A DNA stretch of 64,000 nt, taken from assembly GCA_964187785.1 (NCBI GenBank), contig OZ076409.1:86306001-86370000 (forward strand), read 5' to 3'. The notes under the pieces were generated by a model, which had not been told where the DNA came from, searched no databases, and saw only the letters and a list, made by a program, of their open reading frames with translations. The position numbers were made by a program, and so were the translations under genes. Origin of the DNA: Amphiscolops sp. MND2022 (lineage: Eukaryota). Shown piece after piece: positions 15,001-27,000 of the stretch (position 1 is its first letter; every line of letters begins with the position of its first letter).

Positions 15001-18000
15001 TTCAGTGATTCTGATATTTTCACTGATAACTGTGTGATTTATAATTGAAACTTCGGAAATTACTGACGCTCGTTCCAAGTAGCCGTTTTTAGTAGACGCT
15101 TCGATTCACTAGCCTTCTCAAGTTGTCCTTGTAGATGTATTGGAACTGCTGTAGTTTTTGTAGGATTTTTTGTGCTCCTATTGGATATATCCTTAAGGAA
15201 TATTTTCACCGATAGGTTCATCTTCCAATTATTGTAGAATGCGTCCTTGAGTTCGTTTTTAGTTTTATTTTTTCGGTGTATTCGAGTTAATAATTTCTTA
15301 TGTTAAAATTATTGTATTAATCTTTTAAACGTAAAAATTAGTCTAGCCGCTGCATCAAATCTAATGTTTTTCTTCACAGTTGCTTTTGTTTGACAAATAA
15401 TTTTGCTTTGTTATTGTTCACTTTTTTATTGGTCTGAAGTGGTTCTATTTTAGTAAGTCTGTTGAATAAATCTTGGGCAATTACAGTCATTGGTGATCCG
15501 CTGTCGACAATGAATTTGATAGTAGATAGACATACGCCAAATGAAAGTATGCTCAAAAATTTCCAGCAGCAGGAAACTGTCTGTGGAGCCGACGAACATT
15601 GGGCTACATAAGACCATGCATTTTTCTAAACAACAATAGTTTTCAATAGTTCAACAACATCAAGTTTTTAAGAGTAGCAGAAGTCTTTCCTGAGGTGAGA
15701 AACGCGTTTTCCAATTTTGATCACCTCAATATGGCAAATTTTGCAGTGTAAAGGTTCGTGTTGGTTTAGGAAAATTAGTTTTCTGCGATTCTTAGTCAGT
15801 TGTGCTTAGGAGTTAGCTTGCGACTATGCCTTCCTAAACCTTTACAAAAGTTGTCTTTAGGTCTTCCGAGTTCGCAGGAAGGACTTTGTTTCGAGAGAAG
15901 AGTTTAATTTTATGAAAAGAAGTTAAATTAGTTTGAGTATTATATTCAACAATGTTCGTTTTTACACAATATGCAAGATTATAATACAAACAGAATAATA
16001 TAATCATCCAAATTGACACAAATATCCACTCAATAATATCTGAATTGTTTAACATTCACCAAAAACAAATACGTCAATGTATTAAGGTAGCAATAATCAG
16101 GCAAGTTGTTTAAATACTGTAAAAACTGGAATTTTGGAGTCCTATAACGTCCAACAATTTGTTAGGACAAAGAATATTAAATTTTTGGTCTGTTCAGACC
16201 TTTTTATGTCTTAGTATTCTCAACAAGAATGTGAGATTTGCTAAGTCTGTTGACAACGGTATGACAGGTTTGTCAAAAGTTCTAGCTTATAGGAAGCTGA
16301 AGAGTTTAAATTGTTAAGTTTTAACTTATATGACCAGCAATAGCTAAGTCGAAGACAAGATTGTCTAACGTCAAGACTTTGAAGAAGTCTTGCACGTCTA
16401 GGTAAAGTAAAGTCTTATTAACCAGCGTTTAGCTAGGTTTTGTGTTTGGACAGGCTTGCCAATAGCTGCTTGAACATAAGGTTCTTTGCAGTGTTCTAAG
16501 AGTTTAACCTATTGCAATGGACTAGCACGTTTGCTAAGTCGAAAAAGAGACAAGATTGTCTAACGTCAAGACTTTGAAGAAATCTTGCAAGTCTAGGTAA
16601 AGTAAAGTCTTATTAACCAGCGTTTAGCTAGGTTTTGTGTTTGGACAGGCTTGCCAATAGCTGCTTGAACATAAGGTTCAGTGCAGTGCTTTAAGAGTTT
16701 AACTTATGTTGTGACTAGCAGTGGCTAAATCAAAAGGAGACAAGATTGTCTAACTTCAAGACTTTGAGGAAGTCTTGTGAGTCTAAGTAAAGAAAAATTC
16801 CTATTCAACCAGCGTATAGCTAGGTTGCTTTTTGTACAGAATTGTCAGAGAGTTCGAACTTAAGGTCCGGCTAAAGTAAGTTAAGAGATTGCATGTGTTT
16901 TAGTTTTTAATTTTAATTTAAGTTAAGATATAAATTAACTTTAACTAGCATTTGCTAGGTCTTGACGCGATAGCGTACTTTAGAGATAAGATAAGTCTCA
17001 ATCGAGAATCTGGATTATTTGGAGCGTTTAGCTCAAGATAGAAATCTCTATGATTGCATAGGAGAACCTTGTTGGTTAGCTTTTTGTTCAGTCGCACGAC
17101 TGCGAATTTGTTGTCACGAAAACAAGAATAAAGCAAAAAGGAAGAAGTTTTGACTTGTGAATTTTGTTGTTATTTTCTTAGTTGAAGAAAATAACTTACC
17201 AGAAAAGTGAAGTGAGTGGAGTTTTGAAGATTTATTTATTTTTGAGAGAAGGAGAGTGACGGGTTTGCTTTTGTTTGAGAGGTGAAAAACTGTGAGAAGC
17301 GAATGATCGTCTTTAGAAATGTTGGCCCTTTTATACAAATCAAAAGGCACGTGCAACCAATCGCATTGATCGGTGCATTTTATTGGATACAAATGAATAA
17401 CGTCACATTCTCGGTTCTTGTTCGGGATTAACTTCGGGACCAGGCACGGCCGAGTACAAGTCGGCAAGGATTGCAACAGCTAGTCATTTAACTCGGCTAG
17501 CCGAGTTGGCTGATGCAATTTTTGTTTACGCCCGGGGAATTAGTCCTCTCAAGTGGGGACTTTTGGTCTCGCTTGAATAATTTTTTGTTCTCAAATTGAG
17601 AAGCTACGGCCGCACAAGTGGCGCCTATTGTTCTCTTCTCAGAGATATTTGCTCGCACAAGTGGCGTCGCATATTGTTATTTTCGAAAGAATAAAAGAGA
17701 AATATTTGCACAAGTGGCAAGCGTCTCTTTTGTAAAGGGGAATTTGTTCTTTCAAGTGACGCCCAGTTGTGAATTTGTTTACTTCTAAATTTCTTTCAAG
17801 CGTGCCTTGAAAATTGAAAGAGTGCGAAAAATGATTTACGGAAAATGAACAATTTTTTTCTAGCTCCGATGAAATAAATTTTATATAAATGTTTCAATAT
17901 TAAACTAAAAAAAAAGATGTGTTAAACACAACAACTCACCCGGGCTTTTAGAATGATTAAGTTGAAAGGGGGGATACAGGGAGTTTATGACTTTTAGTTC

Positions 18001-21000
18001 AAAGAATATGGAATCGTTTTTTAGCCAAGGGTTTCCGAAGTTCATTAGTTCATCAAGAGGGATGAAACACAAGATGGTGACGGCTGTGTTGCTGGATGTA
18101 GGTATGGGTTTCTTGAAGCACTCACTGTTGTTGTTTGTCACAATCAGCTGCTTGTAAGGCTTGGATATGTTTCCCTGGCCGAGCAGGTGTATCTCAATGA
18201 CGCCTTGAAAAGGCCAAATGAGGATCTCGTCATAGGGCCCGGGACACATGGCCAAGCACACTGACATGTATTTTCCTTTAGCAGTGTCGATTCCAAAAGG
18301 GTAAGCTCGAAGATGGAAAGTGTAGCCAAAGGGTTGCGAGAAGAAAATGGGGCTGCAAAGATCTTTTAGGCTGTTAGGATCACAATAGGGTGCTCTCACA
18401 TGAGACAAACTCTTTTCGTATTTTTCCGCATTTTTTAGAAGATCGGTAAACTGATCGAGTCTCCAAATGACTCTGTATAAGTTCCTTTCCCGGGGAATTG
18501 ACTTTCTTCTATACGTAGAATACGCATTTCCAGTGCATCAAGTCTTTTGTTTACCTCGTGTATGCGGTCCGAATCTATTGATTCATTGGTATAAGGGTTG
18601 ATGTTTACTTGTTGTCGCAGTAGAAGTAACTCGTTAATTAGGGAGTCTGTCAGGGATCGTTCGTCTTCTATTTGTTCGATGATGGTGGATGAGCTTGAAT
18701 TCATCTTGAGTGATGGTTCTGAAAGAGAAAACAAAATCGCTTTAAAAGAATGCTGAAATGCCTCTAAGGGGCACTACTATTCGTTGATAGCCTAGAATGG
18801 GATTTTCTAGCGTAAATTTTTGGCGGTTCGGATCCCAGAAGACGATATGCCACTGGTTATATTCGCGTTTCAAAAGATAATTCAGATCGAGTTGAAATCG
18901 GGGATTCCTAGTGAAGGAATAACTGTTGGCAGCCTCTTCGTTCTTGTTGTTGTCGGCGTAGTGATTCTTGAACACTAAAGGTAGTCTTTTGCTTTTTGTG
19001 AGATTGTTTGATGGGCGATGGATGAGGTCGTTTGGATGGTATTGGAGTTGTTTTCAGGCTGTTTGGTGGAGGAGGTTGTGCTGTTTTGACAGTGCCTTCA
19101 GCTATTGTCTCAGTTGGGAGGAAGTCAAAATCTGATGGAGAAAGCAGAGGAAGATCAATCAAGTCGATGTTGTTGGGTTTTGGTTCACTGGCTAGCGACT
19201 CGATTTCTTCTGCAATTGATTTTTCATTTTGCACGTTCTGGGTACTAAACACAAAGACATGAAAGTACAGTTATACTGGTGAAACCGTATGGATGGTTGA
19301 TGTGGGGGGTCTTGTTATGGCAGGATAAATATGCTCAAGAGTCTCATGCTCATTGTAGTTTTTATCGGGTGGAGTACTTGAAGTCATTGGGTCATGTTGG
19401 GGAACCTGATTTAGCGTTGATATCATTGATACTGTAAACAATTTGTAGGTTGCTGAGAGAAGTATTTTACCGATACCCCAAGAAGCTCCTGTTACTCGGT
19501 GTAGTTCAAAGGAGCGGAATGTTATGACAATAACATTAACCAATAACTTGATAAGAAGAAATTCTCCAAACCATTGTCCCAGTTTGCTAAACCAGCATTC
19601 AATGACACCAAAGGTGCTAATGAACTGCTCTTTGAAGTATCCTGGCGATATCATGTTGTCCACGTAGAAATCTGTACGTGGTGCATAATAACCAAACTCA
19701 TCGGGGCCTTTGTTGGAGGCTGAAAGAATGATGAGTTCCCGTGAAACTTTTTGTAAAGCATTTCTAGATGCTGCTCTAATCAATATATTGTCCCAAAAGT
19801 CACTGAGCTGTCCTTTTGTATACATTCCAGCATCCTGAGATTCATCGAAAGCGTCCTTGGTAAAGGGAGATATTTCTTTTGGGCCACAGATGGCAGGTCT
19901 GTCTCTGTGTCTGGGTTCTGGGTTTAATGAAAACCAGGAATCCTTGTCTTGCATGTCCAATTGGAAAAGATTTTTGATTCTATCCGTGCAGTTTTGAGTA
20001 TTTGCATTAGGATAAGTTTGTCGGGTGATGGGATCTACGAATTGGATTTGTCCTTTGTAGAAGATGGGTATTTTGTCATAACAATTACTCATGACATGAA
20101 GGGGTGATGATATTAAAGGACAGGAGTAAAGCCAAGCAAGACTGCCATCAGTTTCGAGGAACATAGATCTATTTCCAGTTAGCATATATCCTGCAAGGAG
20201 TGGATTTTCCAAAGACAGCATCAAAAAAGTGAGGATTTGGGTCCTTTTTTGCTCACATTGGTTTTTCAACATTTGAATCTCAGACGATTGAAGCGCACGG
20301 GTGCTTTCGAAAAATAGGTAGTCCAGTTTGGTACCAAGTTGCATTTCGTAGTCCATATGGAGCCAAGTATTTACATACTTGTCTTTAACTGTGCCATCTC
20401 TGTTGTATATATAAAGTCCAGGTTTCCCAGAGTTGTCTGTGGAGTATTGGAGGGTATAGGATCCTCTTGTAATTCCCATTTTTCTTCCAGAGGCCATGTC
20501 AAAGCCACCAGTATATATTACAATGTACATGGACTCGTAATTTGTTGGGTAAACATCATTCGGTTTATTACAGAATTTCTGGGGGTAGTTTTTCACTTCG
20601 AACAAGAATTTGGAAGTGGAGGCGTTAGTACTCACCATGTGATATCGATGTTCATTTTTAATCATGTTCACTTGTTCTTCCTTCAAAACTGACAGTACAC
20701 AATTATCTGGGTGATCCCATATATAAGCGTAGGGATGTAAGGATGTGCGTTGGCAACCCAGATCATCGAGTTCACATGGAAGGGGATTCCCATTTACATT
20801 ATGTACTGTTCCGTCTCTCAGTTTAACTGGTAGAGTCACCTCTTGGATGTGGCTTTCAAAAGTGTCTTTCGTCATCCAAGACCTTCCATTGCAATGGTTT
20901 CTATTTTCTTCGCTTTTCTTCCCATTAGTATAGGATTGAACAAGTTTTGTCCCTTTTTTGAACTGGACCATGTGGTCTGGTATTTGTATTTTTCCTACTT

Positions 21001-24000
21001 CTCGTGCCCTTCTGCATTGTTCTATACTCAGGTCGATATCGCTTGTGATTGTGCTTTGTTCGGCGTCAATACTTGCACGGTCATGATATCCACAATGCCA
21101 CTTAAATCTACTGTGCTTTAGGCGGCACATAGTGGCGTTGAGTTCTGTTCGGAAGTGCTTTGTGTAGACAGTGATTATAGCTGGGTTGATTTCAATGTTT
21201 TCTGGGGAAACGTGGCAGGGTCTCACTTGATTTAGTGCATATAATTTGTTTTCAGTCATCTCTCCACAATCATAATGTGACACACTGAGTCTCTGTGCAA
21301 TGTCGTCCAGATTGGGGTTCGGAAGGCCATTGATGAGGGTGTAGCACGTAATAAGCTTTACAAAGAATTTACTGCACATTTTGGATCTAATGGGAGGAAT
21401 CTTAGGCATTGCCAAAACTTCTTTTTGTGAAGGGCAAAATGTTAAAAGTGGTTTACGAGAGGAGGATTAAACGGTAGCTTGCTAACCGAGAATTGGTGGA
21501 GTCGAATTTGACAATCCAGTTGAAATCAAGGTTGATTTGATTGATGAAGACTGCTTTTCAGGATGACTGAAAGTGGACAAAATTTTTCTATTGTCTTCAA
21601 CCAAACCAAAATTTGGATATAATTTTGGTAGTTTGCTAACCAGGAGTCGAAGGAGTCTAACTGACTACCCAATGCGAATCAGAATTGATTCAGGCGTGAG
21701 GATGCTTTCAAGAACTGAAATGAGAAAAATGTTGTCTAATGACTCCAACTAAAGCGAAAACAAATAGATGTTTGGTAGCTTGCTAACCAAAGGAGGGTGT
21801 AGTCAAAGTGACCACTTCTTTAGTTTTGAGATTGATGCACGAGTCTATAGATTGAGAGTTTCAGTATCTGGCTCGATTGATAGCCGTTTTCATAAGCACT
21901 GAAAATACACTCTGTTATCAGAAGTGAAATTATCGGTTTTGGATTTGAAATAGGGATAGTGAGGTGAGATTATAAGAGTTTATTCAACACAAAATACAAG
22001 ATTTTAGTTTATGAAATTTACAAATCATAAAATTTAATAAGATCCGTGTACAGCTGGTTGTATTTAGGGGAGGTGACGCATTTGATGTCCATAACACTGG
22101 TTAAATCTCCCAGCACATCTAAATCAAATTTGGTGATGTGCCTTTCGGGTCTGTGTTCATATGAAATGAGGGACGCGGCTAGTGATGCATATAAGAAAGT
22201 GTTCTTGTAGATTTGTCTCTGGTACTTTTTGTCGGGCAAATCGTAACGTTCAAAATGAATGCAAATCTTGAATCCGTAGGTCCAAATCCACCGAATATAG
22301 GTAATCAAACACTTTTTGTTGTTTTCACTAACGAAAATTGTCCAGGGGCAGTTGAAACTGAGTTCTTCGTATTTCTTCTCCCAAAGGGTGTCCCAGTAGA
22401 TAGTAGGAAAATGATAGCTTTGTGTAATTCTCGATTTTGCTCTTCTGCGGGAGTCTTTTCTGAGAATAGACTGTGGATTCAATAGAGGCGGTTGTTTTCT
22501 CCTCTAAACAAATCTGTAGGTATGTCTCCCACAAATGTCATAAGGTATAGAAAATAGTCCCAGTAGACTGATTGTCGATCTACAAAAACAATGTCCCTTT
22601 TTGAAGTGATGTGGTGTTTTTGATAGATATAAATTCTATCTTGGTCCAGCTCAGTTTTATAGATCCGGTAGAATTCGTTTTCAATTTTGATGTAAGTCAT
22701 ACGATGAATTGAAATAATCAAAAGTTTTTTACCCACGGCAGAGATTGATAACTAAGATCGTTACCGTGCTGAAAAGTTTTTACCCACGGCAGAGATTGAT
22801 ACTATGATCGTTACCGTGCCTAATTTTTTTGAAAAGTTATTTACCCACGGCAGAGATTGATACTATGATCATTACCGTGCTTGATTTTTTGAAAAAATAT
22901 TTACCCACGGCAGAGATTGATAACTAAGATCGTTACCGTCCTGAAAAGTTTTCACCCACGGCAGAGATTGATACTGTGATCGTTACCGTGCTTGATTTTT
23001 TTGAAAAGTTATTTACCCACGGCAGAGATTGATAACTAAGATCGTTACCGTGCTAAGCTGAAATGAATGATTATAGATGAGCTGTCAGTTTAAGTTAAGA
23101 TGACAGCGAAGAGAAGGGAAAAGAATTGGGTAAGAAGAAGACTTTTATTTACATTTTAAAAGTCGTCCATCTCTTGCCAAAGCATCAAGGTTTCTAATAT
23201 GTCTATATACATGTCTTTATAGTTCGAGTTCCGGCAGGTAGTGCCCATTTGGTCCGTAATGGCGTTCAAGACATCAATGTCCTGTTTAGAGAGTTGTGGT
23301 TCTGGTTTCCTTTTGTAAGTGACCAGAGCTGCTGTGAGGGACGTGTATAGAAATGAACCTGGTTTTACCCACTTGTGACATTTTTGCTTGGATCTGTAGT
23401 TATGAAATTTGACTTCTATATCAGCTGCTGGGTGCCAACTCCAATTTAGTTCTTCGATGATCATCGAGATTTCTTCTATTTCGGGCATGACATTCCAGGG
23501 GCAGCAGTTGAAACTGATTTTGTTTATAACCACTATAGGGATGTCGTATGCGATGACGGGCTTCATCTTTTGCTGAAATTTGGCCAAAGTGAATAACAAG
23601 GCTCGGAAATGCTACTTGACCTTTTTTGTAAGACTTAAACAAAATCTTACATTTGCAAGAGCTTGGTTTTTTTTAAAAAAACGAAATTTTATCCTTATTG
23701 TATTTTTATTCTTTTCACAAGGTTCTCCTTCAGCAGAGTTTGTCTAATTTTTTTTGTTCTCCTATTTCTTTTGTTTTCTTTCGTAGTCTTTTGTTATTAC
23801 ATGCAGTGACTTCTTTTGTTAATTTCTTCTAATTGTTGACTCCTCTTTTCCGTTTTCTTTGGTTTGCATCATTGACTTTCATCTGTTCCTTTTATTAAAA
23901 ACGCGCTTTTGTTGTTGAAGAACTGTGGGTGCCATGTGTGTTTTTGAAGTTGCGTTTTGAAGTTTGTTTTGTAGTGAATGCGCTTTTGTCATGGTTCAGT

Positions 24001-27000
24001 TCTTTTGGTTGCCATGTGGTTTTAAGTGGTTTGAAAAATTGTTTGTTCACAATGTGCTTTTGTAATGGTTCAGTTCTTTGGACGCTGTGTGTAATTTTGA
24101 AGTGGTAGCTTAAGTTTGGCTTGTGTTGAATGGGCTCTCGGATGTAAGTCTGATCTCTTCATATTCACAGGTAATTTCGTTTCCGATTTTCGTTTTTCTT
24201 GAATTTTTGTTATCGTGTATATGACACGCTCGACCGCCGAAAAAGGAGTAGAAAAGTTTGTAAGATATAGTGGTAAAAATTGGGAGAAAAATGAAAAATG
24301 GTGTTGAGCAGCAGAGTGTAAGAGGGGGAAATTTTTAAATGGCATAAGGGGGGTGGTGAAAATGAAATTTGAGGCTGCAAAATACATTTTGGTGTTTAGA
24401 TTGAAAATTTCTGCACAACTATCTAATCGCTTGCCCTTTTCATCTGCGGCTGGTGCCTATCTGGCACCAGACCTGTTCAACGATTTGCGATCGTTGGTTA
24501 ACGATCTAGAGATGCCACCGATGGTGGGTGTTACACCCGAAAGCGAGGTGTTGCGTCGCCCAGAGCCAGTGCGACGGGCAGTAAGGCTGACGCTTGGAGA
24601 GCATGTAAGTTGGAACTTAGTCTGGGTTGTGAGAGTAATTTTGAAGAAGAAAAAATTTAGTTTTAATTCCAATGAAAGAGAAAGGATTAGCGGAAAGAAA
24701 TAGCAATAAGAAATGAAAGTTGATGAATCGTGTGTTTCATTTATAGAATTGAGTTTGTTTTAGTGGAGGTCGCAGCTATCGAGTGCCGCAAAGGAAGTTT
24801 GGGTGTTCAAGCTTCGAGCTATAGTGGCGGATTGGGATATGACGGTCCCACAAGCCCGCGCGAGGATCGCCTGGAGGTTGGACAGGGGGCAGTTTTTGAA
24901 GTGCTCCAGGACTTAGCTGCAGCTGGGGGGTATATGGTGTGTCTGCGCGGGGCACCCCAAGCCGCCTCCTAATGGTGCAACGGTTGTCCCCTCTGAAAGG
25001 GAGGACCTACTGTAGACTTGTACATAGTGTAAATATTTTGTTTTTGTGATTTTATTATTTTAATATTAGTTTGTAATACCTTTGTTTTAAATTTAAGTTG
25101 TAGGTTGAGAAGTAAGAGAACGGGTTTTTGACGGTTATAATTTCTAAAAGTTAGCTCGAGGAGAAGGATTTAGCTAAAACTTTGAGCAATCGCCTCTGTG
25201 GAGGCTTGTTGATTAAAACATCAACAATCACAGTGCTATCTATTCCAGGCAGTTCGACCGTTTAAGGCGAACTGCCATAGCACAATTTTCTTTATAGTTT
25301 TTGTCCCTTGGGAAGACTTGTTGAAGAAAACCGTCAGCAGTCACAGTGGTATCTATTCCAGGCAGTTCAACCATTTAAGGTGAACCGCTATACCTCAAAA
25401 CTATTCTGAACTTTTGCCAGACTTTTACCACGAGTAGGACGAAAACCAGCACTCTATAAACTAGAGACCAAGTGGTAGCAGGTAAGACTGTTCACGCGGA
25501 CCGTACTCCAAATGGGTCACGAGGGGACAATTTTTAGGTAAACACTTTTTTTTTGAAAAGTGCTATAAGATCTTAGAAGGTTTGTAGGGAAACTTTTTTT
25601 GTTGTGTCTCACGACGGAAGGAACAGTGTGTACTTCTCAGATAATACGGGTTTATGGGGGTGGCGACGGCAGGTAGATCGGGATTTTGGCGGGACTGTCG
25701 TTTTGGGTGTGTGTTGCAGGTTACTATTACCCCCTTTCTAAAGATATTAATTTGTTTGGTGTTAAAATTTTTGCAAAAGGAGGACGTTATTCCATCCACA
25801 GTAGGCTATTGGAGGGTACAGAAGTTTTGAAAAAGTTTGGAAACTCTTCAAAGAGCCGGGCAGTCAGAATCAATGGGGTATTTCTCATTGAAAGTTTTGG
25901 GAGACAGCGAAAATTTTTTTGTTCTTTTTGAAAAATGTTTTAGGAGTGTGTTCGGAGGCTTCCTGGTGAGTCTCATGACACGGTGAAGTGTGTGTAGTTC
26001 CAGACTGATTTTTTTGTTGTTATTTTTTAATTGTAACTTTAATCTTTGTAACCTTTTCTCTCAATGTCTCGGAGGGAACTACAAGGGGTGCTTCGTTCGT
26101 ATTTAGGATCTTTGGGTTTTTCGGCAAACCGTGTAGTTACTTTCTTCTTGAAGTTAGATAACTGTCCTGTTTTCGGGGAAGTTTGATCGGGAGGAGACAT
26201 TGTATGGATAGGAGGTACGGACGGGAGAACCAGTGTTCTCTTGGGTAGAGGTGTGTTGGAAGAGAAAGCGAGTGGCAATACTGCCACGGGAAGGCGTGGT
26301 GTTTGCATTGGTGGAAGGGGATTTGTTCCACAGCTTTGATGGGAACGTTCCCTCGGAACGGTGTTGTTAGACGTAGATGGTATTGGGGTGTGAAATTGTG
26401 GGGTTTTCAAAGAGAGGAATCCAGAATCGGTACTGGGGGAAAACTCAGAACTTTTGGTAGTGTTGTTGTTCGGCCCTGAAAGGGGGGTTATGATGAGTGG
26501 CATAAAATCTAGTTTATGCTCTGATTGTCCTGAATTGTGTTTGTCAATTTGACTCTGGATCAAGTGCTTGTAAAAATTATCGTTTTGTTCTATGGGAGCG
26601 TAATTGGTTAGCAATGGGGGCAAGGTCTCCTCTTTGGGGAAATATTCTAGTAAGTGGTTTCGATGAGTGATTGTAACGTTCTCGGGGTTTTCGTCTTCTT
26701 TTATCTCGTATGTGGTGTTGGTTACTTATTTGTCACCGTGAAAGGTCCTACTCGTAATTGTTTTAATTTCTGTGATTTGAATAGGTCGGGTTTATGATTC
26801 ACTTAGAGAACCTTTTGACCGACTTCGAGCGGTCGTCCCAGTTTGAAACGGTTCCGATACTCATGAGCCTTTGATGTTGTTTCTCTACATCTTTTGTAGG
26901 TGGATGAGTAGATGGACTTGAATTCGTTTTCTCTTGTAAGTAGCTCGGAAGATAACTGTGGTTTAAGAAGTCGATCAAGGGATTTGTTTCGGAGGTTACT

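Noticed and set aside
17114..17476. 120-aa ORF in the LTR (also 42074-42274)
   Set aside because: Non-ATG start, overlaps promoter motifs, truncated by a stop in the other LTR, no recognisable domain.
22721..23053. CRISPR-like appearance (35-nt palindromic repeats at regular spacing)
   Set aside because: Linkers are short, A/T-rich and similar to each other rather than unique spacers; no cas genes; eukaryotic retroelement context.
25405..25450. Hammerhead-like AGGACGAAA motif
   Set aside because: No correctly placed CTGANGA core or stem II partner.
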